A stretch of DNA of 64,000 bases from Auanema rhodensis (taxonomy: Eukaryota; Animalia; Nematoda), in NCBI GenBank assembly GCA_964057225.1, contig OZ059899.1, positions 20,274,001-20,338,000 of the forward strand. The letters run 5' to 3'. The notes beneath the pieces are model-generated. The model worked only from the letters and a program-made list of their open reading frames with translations, made no database searches and was not told the DNA's origin. Of this stretch, positions 56,274 to 64,000 are shown piece after piece. Position numbers and translations under genes: made by a program. Each line of letters opens with the position of its first letter. Position 1 is the first letter of the stretch.

Positions 56274-59089
56274 AGATAAAGAGATGCAGTTCTCAAAATT
56301 AGATTCCCCATGTCCATATTAGTCTAAAAACAGTTTTTTACTGATATTGGTGCATGGTAACCATGACTTTGAAATTTACGTGAACTTTAATTTATGCTAA
56401 TTAAATGTACACGTGGTGTGCACTCGGTATATAACTCGCTTCACGTGAAAGATAAAGAGATGCGGTTTTTAAAATTAGATTCCCCATGTCCATATTAGTC
56501 TGAAAACAATTTTTTACTGATATTGGTGCATGGTAACCATGACTTTGAAATTTACGTGAACTTTAATTTATGCTAATTAAATGTACAAGTGATGTGCACT
56601 TGGTATGTAACTCGCTTCACGTGAAAGATAAGGAGATGCGGTTTTGACAATTAGATTCCCCATGTCCATATTAGTCTGAAAACAATTTTTTACTGATATT
56701 GGTGCATGGTAACCATGACTTTAAAATTTACGTGAACTTTAATTTATGCTAATCAAATGTACACGTGATGTGCACTTGGTATGTAACTCGCTTCACGTGA
56801 AAGATAAAGAGATGCAGTTCTCAAAATTAGATTCCCCATGTCCATATTAGTCTAGAAACAAATTTTTATTGATATTGGTGCATGGTAACCATGACTTTAA
56901 AATTTACGTGAACTTTAATTTATGCTAATCAAATGTACACGTGATGTGCACTTGGTATGTAACTCGCTCCACGTGAAAGATAAAGAGATGCAGTTCTCAA
57001 AATTAGATTCCCCATGTCCATATTAGTCTAAAAACAGTTTTTTACTGATATTGGTGCATGGTAACCATGACTTTGAAATTTACGTGAACTTTAATTTATG
57101 CTAATTAAATGTACACGTGGTGTGCACTCGGTATATAACTCGCTTCACGTGAAAGATAAAGAGATGCGGTTTTTAAAATTAGATTCCCCATGTCCATATT
57201 AGTCTGAAAACAATTTTTTACTGATATTGGTGCATGGTAACCATGACTTTGAAATTTACGTGAACTTTAATTTATGCTAATTAAATGTACAAGTGATGTG
57301 CACTTGGTATGTAACTCGCTTCACGTGAAAGATAAGGAGATGCGGTTTTGACAATTAGATTCCCCATGTCTATATTAGTCTAAAAACAAATTTTCATTGA
57401 AATTGGTGCATGGTAACCATGACTTTGAAATCTACGTGAACTTTAATTTATGCTAATTAAATGTACACGTGATGTGCACTTGGTATGTAACTCGCTTCAC
57501 GTGAAAGATAAGGAGATGCGGTTTTCACAATTAGATTCCCCATGTCTATATTAGTCTAAAAACAATTTTTCACTGATATTGGTGCATGGTAACCATGACT
57601 TTAAAATTTACGTGAACTTTAATTTATGCTAATCAAATGTACACGTGATGTGCACTTGGTATGTAACTCGCTCCACGTGAAAGATAAAGAGATGCAGTTC
57701 TCAAAATTAGATTCCCCATGTCCATATTAGTCTAAAAACAGTTTTTTACTGATATTGGTGCATGGTAACCATGACTTTGAAATTTACGTGAACTTTAATT
57801 TATGCTAATTAAATGTACACGTGGTGTGCACTCGGTATATAACTCGCTTCACGTGAAAGATAAAGAGATGCGGTTTTTAAAATTAGATTCCCCATGTCCA
57901 TATTAGTCTGAAAACAATTTTTTACTGATATTGGTGCATGGTAACCATGACTTTGAAATTTACGTGAACTTTAATTTATGCTAATTAAATGTACAAGTGA
58001 TGTGCACTTGGTATGTAACTCGCTTCACGTGAAAGATAAGGAGATGCGGTTTTGACAATTAGATTCCCCATGTCCATATTAGTCTGAAAACAATTTTTTA
58101 CTGATATTGGTGCATGGTAACCATGACTTTAAAATTTACGTGAACTTTAATTTATGCTAATCAAATGTACACGTGATGTGCACTTGGTATGTAACTCGCT
58201 TCACGTGAAAGATAAAGAGATGCAGTTCTCAAAATTAGATTCCCCATGTCCATATTAGTCTAGAAACAAATTTTTATTGATATTGGTGCATGGTAACCAT
58301 GACTTTAAAATTTACGTGAACTTTAATTTATGCTAATCAAATGTACACGTGATGTGCACTTGGTATGTAACTCGCTCCACGTGAAAGATAAAGAGATGCA
58401 GTTCTCAAAATTAGATTCCCCATGTCCATATTAGTCTAAAAACAGTTTTTTACTGATATTGGTGCATGGTAACCATGACTTTGAAATTTACGTGAACTTT
58501 AATTTATGCTAATTAAATGTACACGTGGTGTGCACTCGGTATATAACTCGCTTCACGTGAAAGATAAAGAGATGCGGTTTTTAAAATTAGATTCCCCATG
58601 TCCATATTAGTCTGAAAACAATTTTTTACTGATATTGGTGCATGGTAACCATGACTTTGAAATTTACGTGAACTTTAATTTATGCTAATTAAATGTACAA
58701 GTGATGTGCACTTGGTATGTAACTCGCTTCACGTGAAAGATAAGGAGATGCGGTTTTGACAATTAGATTCCCCATGTCTATATTAGTCTAAAAACAAATT
58801 TTCATTGAAATTGGTGCATGGTAACCATGACTTTGAAATCTACGTGAACTTTAATTTATGCTAATTAAATGTACACGTGATGTGCACTTGGTATGTAACT
58901 CGCTTCACGTGAAAGATAAGGAGATGCGGTTTTCACAATTAGATTCCCCATGTCTATATTAGTCTAAAAACAATTTTTCACTGATATTGGTGCATGGTAA
59001 CCATGACTTTGAAATTTACGTGAACTTTAATTTATGCTAATTAAATGTACAAGTGATGTGCACTTGGTATGTAACTCGCTTCACGTGAA
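56274..59089 (+). repeat. Tandem duplication of an 8-monomer block (1408 bp) containing an internal ~4-mer repeat
   Basis: The private variant cattgaAatt is at 57401 and 58809. The ttgacaa, ggtatata and ctccacg variants recur in both halves. Confidence 0.86.
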
Positions 59090-60497
59090 AGATAAAGAGA
59101 TGCGGTTTTTAAAATTAGATTCCCCATGTCCATATTAGTCTGAAAACAATTTTTCACTGATATTGGTGCATGGTAACCATGACTTTGAAATTTACGTGAA
59201 CTTTAATTTATGCTAATTAAATGTACAAGTGATGTGCACTTGGTATGTAACTCGCTTCACGTGAAAGATAAGGAGATGCGGTTTTCACAATTAGATTCCC
59301 CATGTCTATATTAGTCTAAAAACAAATTTTTATTGATATTGGTGCATGGTAACCATGACTTTGAAATTTACGTGAACTTCAATTTATGCTAATTAAATGT
59401 ACACGCGGTGTGCACTTGGTATGTAACTCGCTTCACGTGAAAGATAAAGAGATGCGGTTTTAAAAATTAGATTCCCCATGTCCATATTAGTCTAAAAACA
59501 GTTTTTTACTGATATTGGTGCATGGTAACCATGATTTTGAAATTTACGTGAACTTTAATTTATGCTAATTAAATGTACACGTGGTGTGCACTCGGTATGT
59601 AACTCGCTTCACGTGAAAGATAAAGAGATGCGGTTAACAAAATTAGATTTCCTATGTCCATATTAGTCTAAAAACAAATTTTTATTGATATTGGTTCATG
59701 GTAACCATGACTTTGAAATTTACGTGAACTTTAATTTATGCTAATTAAATGTACACGTGGTGTGCACTCCGTATGTAACTCGCTTCACGTGAAAGATAAG
59801 GAGATGCGGTTTTCACAATTAGATTCCCCATGTCCATATTAGTCTAAAAACAAATTTTTATTGATATTGGTGCATGGTAACCATGACTTTGAAATTTACG
59901 TGAACTTCAATTTATGCTAATTAAATGTACACGCGGTGTGCACTTGGTATGTAACTCGCTTCACGTGAAAGATAAAGAGATGCGGTTTTAAAAATTAGAT
60001 TCCCCATGTCCATATTAGTCTGAAAACAGTTTTTTACTGATATTGGTGCATGGTAACCATGATTTTGAAATTTACGTGAACTTTAATTTATGCTAATTAA
60101 ATGTACACGTGGTGTGCACTCGGTATGTAACTCGCTTCACGTGAAAGATAAAGAGATGCGGTTAACAAAATTAGATTTCCTATGTCCATATTAGTCTAAA
60201 AACAAATTTTTATTGATATTGGTGCATGGTAACCATGATTTTGAAATTTACGTGAACTTTAATTTATGCTAATTAAATGTACACATGGTGTGCACTCGGT
60301 ATGTAACTCGCTTCACGTGAAAGATAAAGAGATGCGGTTTTCAAAATTAGATTCCCCATGTCCATATTAGTCTAAAAACAAATTTTTATTGATATTGGTG
60401 CATGGTAACCATGACTTTGAAATTTACGTGAACTTTATTTTATGCTACATAAATGTACACGTGGTGTGCACTCGGTATGTATCTCGCTTCACGTGAA

Positions 60498-60672
60498 AGA
60501 TAAAGAGATGCGGTTTCCAAAATTAGATTCCCCATGTCCATATTAGTCTAAAAACAGTTTTTACTGATATTGGTGCATGGTAACCATGATTTTGAAATTT
60601 ACGTGAACTTTATTTTATGCTACATAAATGTACACGTGGTGTGCACTCGGTATGTATCTCGCTTCACGTGAA
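60498..60672 (+). repeat. 175-bp monomer (-1 bp in T tract)
   Basis: cagtttttact has 5 T instead of 6 at about 60556-60566. The array phase shifts by -1. Confidence 0.88.
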
Positions 60673-63600
60673 AGATAAAGAGATGCGGTTTTCAAAATTA
60701 GATTCCCCATGTCCATATTAGTCTAAAAACAAATTTTTATCGATATTGGTGCATGGTAACCATGACTTTGAAATTTACGTGAACTTTATTTTATGCTACA
60801 TAAATGTACACGTGGTGTGCACTCGGTATGTATCTCGCTTCACGTGAAAGATAAAGAGATGCGGTTTCCAAAATTAGATTCCCCATGTCCATATTAGTCT
60901 AAAAACAGTTTTTTACTGATATTGGTGCATGGTAACCATGATTTTGAAATTTACGTGAACTTTAATTTATGCTAATTAAATGTACACATGGTGTGCACTC
61001 GGTATGTAACTCGCTTCACGTGAAAGATAAAGAGTTGCGGTTTTCGAAATTAGATTCCCCATGTCCATATTAGTCTAAAAACAAATTTTTATTGATATTG
61101 GTGCATGGTAACCATGACTTTGAAATTTACGTGAACTTTAATTTATGCTAATTAAATGTACACGTGATGTGCACTTGGTATGTAACTCGCTTCACGTGAA
61201 AGATAAAGAGATGCAGTTCTCAAAATTAGATTCCCCATGTCCATATTAGTCTAAAAACAAATTTTTATTGATATTGGTGCATGGTAACCATGATTTTGAA
61301 ATTTACGTGAACTTTAATTTATGCTAATTAAATGTACACGTGGTGTGCACTCCGTATGTAACTCGCTTCACGTGAAAGATAAAGAGATGCGGTTTTTAAA
61401 ATTAGATTCCCCATGTCCATATTAGTCTGAAAACAATTTTTTACTGATATTGGTGCATGGTAACCATGACTTTGAAATTTACGTGAACTTTAATTTATGC
61501 TAATTAAATGTACAAGTGATGTGCACTTGGTATGTAACTCGCTTCACGTGAAAGATAAGGAGATGCGGTTTTCACAATTAGATTCCCCATGTCCATATTA
61601 GTCTAAAAACAAATTTTTATTGATATTGGTGCATGGTAACCATGACTTTGAAATTTACGTGAACTTCAATTTATGCTAATTAAATGTACACGCGGTGTGC
61701 ACTTGGTATGTAACTCGCTTCACGTGAAAGATAAAGAGATGCGGTTTTAAAAATTAGATTCCCCATGTCCATATTATTCTAAAAACAGTTTTTTACTGAT
61801 ATTGGTGCATGGTAACCATGATTTTGAAATTTACGTGAACTTTAATTTATGCTAATTAAATGTACACGTGGTGTGCACTCGGTATGTAACTCGCTTCACG
61901 TGAAAGATAAAGAGATGCGGTTAACAAAACTAGATTTCCTATGTCCATATTAGTCTAAAAACAAATTTTTATTGATATTGGTTCATGGTAACCATGACTT
62001 TGAAATTTACGTGAACTTTAATTTATGCTAATTAAATGTACACGTGATGTGCACTTGGTATGTAACTTGCTTCACGTGAAAGATAAAGAGATGAGGTTTT
62101 CAAAATTAGATTCCCCATGTCCATATTAGTCTTAAAACAAATTTTTATTGATATTGGTGCATGGTAACCATGACTTTGAAATTTACGTGAACTTTAATTT
62201 ATGCTAATTAAATGTACACGTGATGTGCACTTGGTATGTAACTTGCTTCACGTGAAAGATAAAGAGATGCGGTTTTCAAAATTAGATTCCCCATGTCCAT
62301 ATTAGTCTTAAAACACATTTTTATTGATATTGGTGCATGGTAACCATGACTTTGAAATTTACGTGAACTTTAATTTATGCTAATTAAATGTACACGTGGT
62401 GTGCACCCGGTATGTAACTCGCTTCACGTGAAAGATAAAGAGATGAGGTTTTCCCAATTAGATTCCCCATGTCCATATTAGTCTAAAAACAAATTTTTAT
62501 CGATATTGGTGCATGGTAACCATGACTTTGAAATTTACGTGAACTTTATTTTATGCTACATAAATGTACACGTGGTGTGCACTCGGTATGTATCTCGCTT
62601 CACGTGAAAGAAAAAGAGATGCGGTTTCCAAAATTAGATTCCCCATGTCCATATTAGTCTAAAAACAGTTTTTTACTGATATTGGTGCATGGTAACCATG
62701 ATTTTGAAATTTACGTGAACTTTATTTTATGCTACATAAATGTACACGTGGTGTGCACTCGGTATGTATCTCGCTTCACGTGAAAGATAAAGAGATGCGG
62801 TTTTCAAAATTAGATTCCCCATGTCCATATTAGTCTAAAAACAAATTTTTATCGATATTGGTGCATGGTAACCATGACTTTGAAATTTACGTGAACTTTA
62901 TTTTATGCTACATAAATGTACACGTGGTGTGCACTCGGTATGTATCTCGCTTCACGTGAAAGATAAAGAGATGCGGTTTCCAAAATTAGATTCCCCATGT
63001 CCATATTAGTCTAAAAACAGTTTTTTACTGATATTGGTGCATGGTAACCATGATTTTGAAATTTACGTGAACTTTAATTTATGCTAATTAAATGTACACA
63101 TGGTGTGCACTCGGTATGTAACTCGCTTCACGTGAAAGATAAAGAGTTGCGGTTTTCGAAATTAGATTCCCCATGTCCATATTAGTCTAAAAACAAATTT
63201 TTATTGATATTGGTGCATGGTAACCATGACTTTGAAATTTACGTGAACTTTAATTTATGCTAATTAAATGTACACGTGATGTGCACTTGGTATGTAACTC
63301 GCTTCACGTGAAAGATAAAGAGATGCAGTTCTCAAAATTAGATTCCCCATGTCCATATTAGTCTAAAAACAAATTTTTATTGATATTGGTGCATGGTAAC
63401 CATGATTTTGAAATTTACGTGAACTTTAATTTATGCTAATTAAATGTACACGTGGTGTGCACTCCGTATGTAACTCGCTTCACGTGAAAGATAAAGAGAT
63501 GCGGTTTTTAAAATTAGATTCCCCATGTCCATATTAGTCTGAAAACAATTTTTTACTGATATTGGTGCATGGTAACCATGACTTTGAAATTTACGTGAAC

Positions 63601-64000
63601 TTTAATTTATGCTAATTAAATGTACAAGTGATGTGCACTTGGTATGTAACTCGCTTCACGTGAAAGATAAGGAGATGCGGTTTTCACAATTAGATTCCCC
63701 ATGTCCATATTAGTCTAAAAACAAATTTTTATTGATATTGGTGCATGGTAACCATGACTTTGAAATTTACGTGAACTTCAATTTATGCTAATTAAATGTA
63801 CACGCGGTGTGCACTTGGTATGTAACTCGCTTCACGTGAAAGATAAAGAGATGCGGTTTTAAAAATTAGATTCCCCATGTCCATATTATTCTAAAAACAG
63901 TTTTTTACTGATATTGGTGCATGGTAACCATGATTTTGAAATTTACGTGAACTTTAATTTATGCTAATTAAATGTACACGTGGTGTGCACTCGGTATGTA
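60673..64000 (+). repeat. 12-monomer-period duplication (2112 bp), second copy cut by the window end
   Basis: The private variant gagTtgcgg is at 61035 and 63147. The variant attattct occurs in the monomers starting at 61729 and 63841. Confidence 0.85.

Larger units (their letters stand above)
1..64000 (+). repeat. Tandem satellite array, 176-bp monomer, ~364 head-to-tail copies; candidate (peri)centromeric satellite
   Basis: The motif agataa(a/g)gagatgc recurs at 1, 177, 353 and onward. The line phase of the printout recurs every 2640 bp (15 x 176). All copies are in the same orientation and differ from consensus by a few substitutions. GC is 59/176 in the consensus. The centromeric role is inferred only from size and organisation. 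Confidence 0.98.

Noticed and set aside
60498-60672. -1 bp monomer as compensation for the +1 at 45.5 kb
   Set aside because: It is 15 kb away and in a T homopolymer. The related monomer at 62609 has six T's, so slippage or a sequencing error is the simpler explanation.
1-64000. CRISPR array
   Set aside because: There are no unique spacers; the entire 176 bp is repeated. No cas genes are present.
1-64000. Assignment to known 176-178-bp satellites (Brassica CentBr, Arabidopsis CEN178, honeybee AluI family) or alpha satellite
   Set aside because: Only the length is similar and I recognise no sequence match. The consensus lacks HindIII and AluI sites (AGCT appears only in a few B' monomers). 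A database search is needed.
1-64000. Tandem 5S rRNA, tRNA, snRNA or spliced-leader gene array
   Set aside because: No recognisable 5S, tRNA cloverleaf, Pol III A/B box or SL sequence on either strand.
1-64000. Transposon insertion, inversion or telomeric repeats
   Set aside because: Monomer phase and orientation are accounted for across the window, and I saw no foreign sequence.

Overview
The whole 64-kb window is one uninterrupted head-to-tail satellite DNA array on the + strand. The monomer is 176 bp and about 33-34% GC. Consensus: agataaagagatgcggttttcaaaattagattccccatgtccatattagtctaaaaacaaatttttattgatattggtgcatggtaaccatgactttgaaatttacgtgaactttaatttatgctaattaaatgtacacgtggtgtgcactcggtatgtaactcgcttcacgtgaa. 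There are about 364 units plus one partial. I see no genes, RNA genes, transposon insertions, inversions or CRISPR spacers. The three 60-aa ORFs are by-products of one TAG>CAG substitution copied by segmental duplication. Monomer size, AT-richness and homogeneity suggest a eukaryotic (peri)centromeric satellite, but this is inference and I cannot name the family or organism. The structure is in the variants. About a dozen recurring monomer subtypes form a core B-C-F-D-G order and a 9-mer higher-order repeat, reshuffled by nested duplications of 6, 8, 9, 12, 17, 22 and 36 monomers. Subtype labels are mine: A gtcttaaaac; B aaggag+cacaatt; C ttttaaaaa+cagtttttt; D aaaaag+tttgattcctc; E tttttaaaa+ctgaaaac; F ggttaac; G gcagttctc; H consensus-like; I ggttatc; J gtttata; K aaggag+aaaaata; L gagg+atcgat; N tttccaaaa+cagtt. 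Only four units depart from 176 bp (64, 64, 177 and 175 bp). Within the monomer, a hypervariable 9-bp segment contrasts with near-invariant palindromes and three ACGTG cores spaced 32-33 bp apart. All typing and counts were done by eye.
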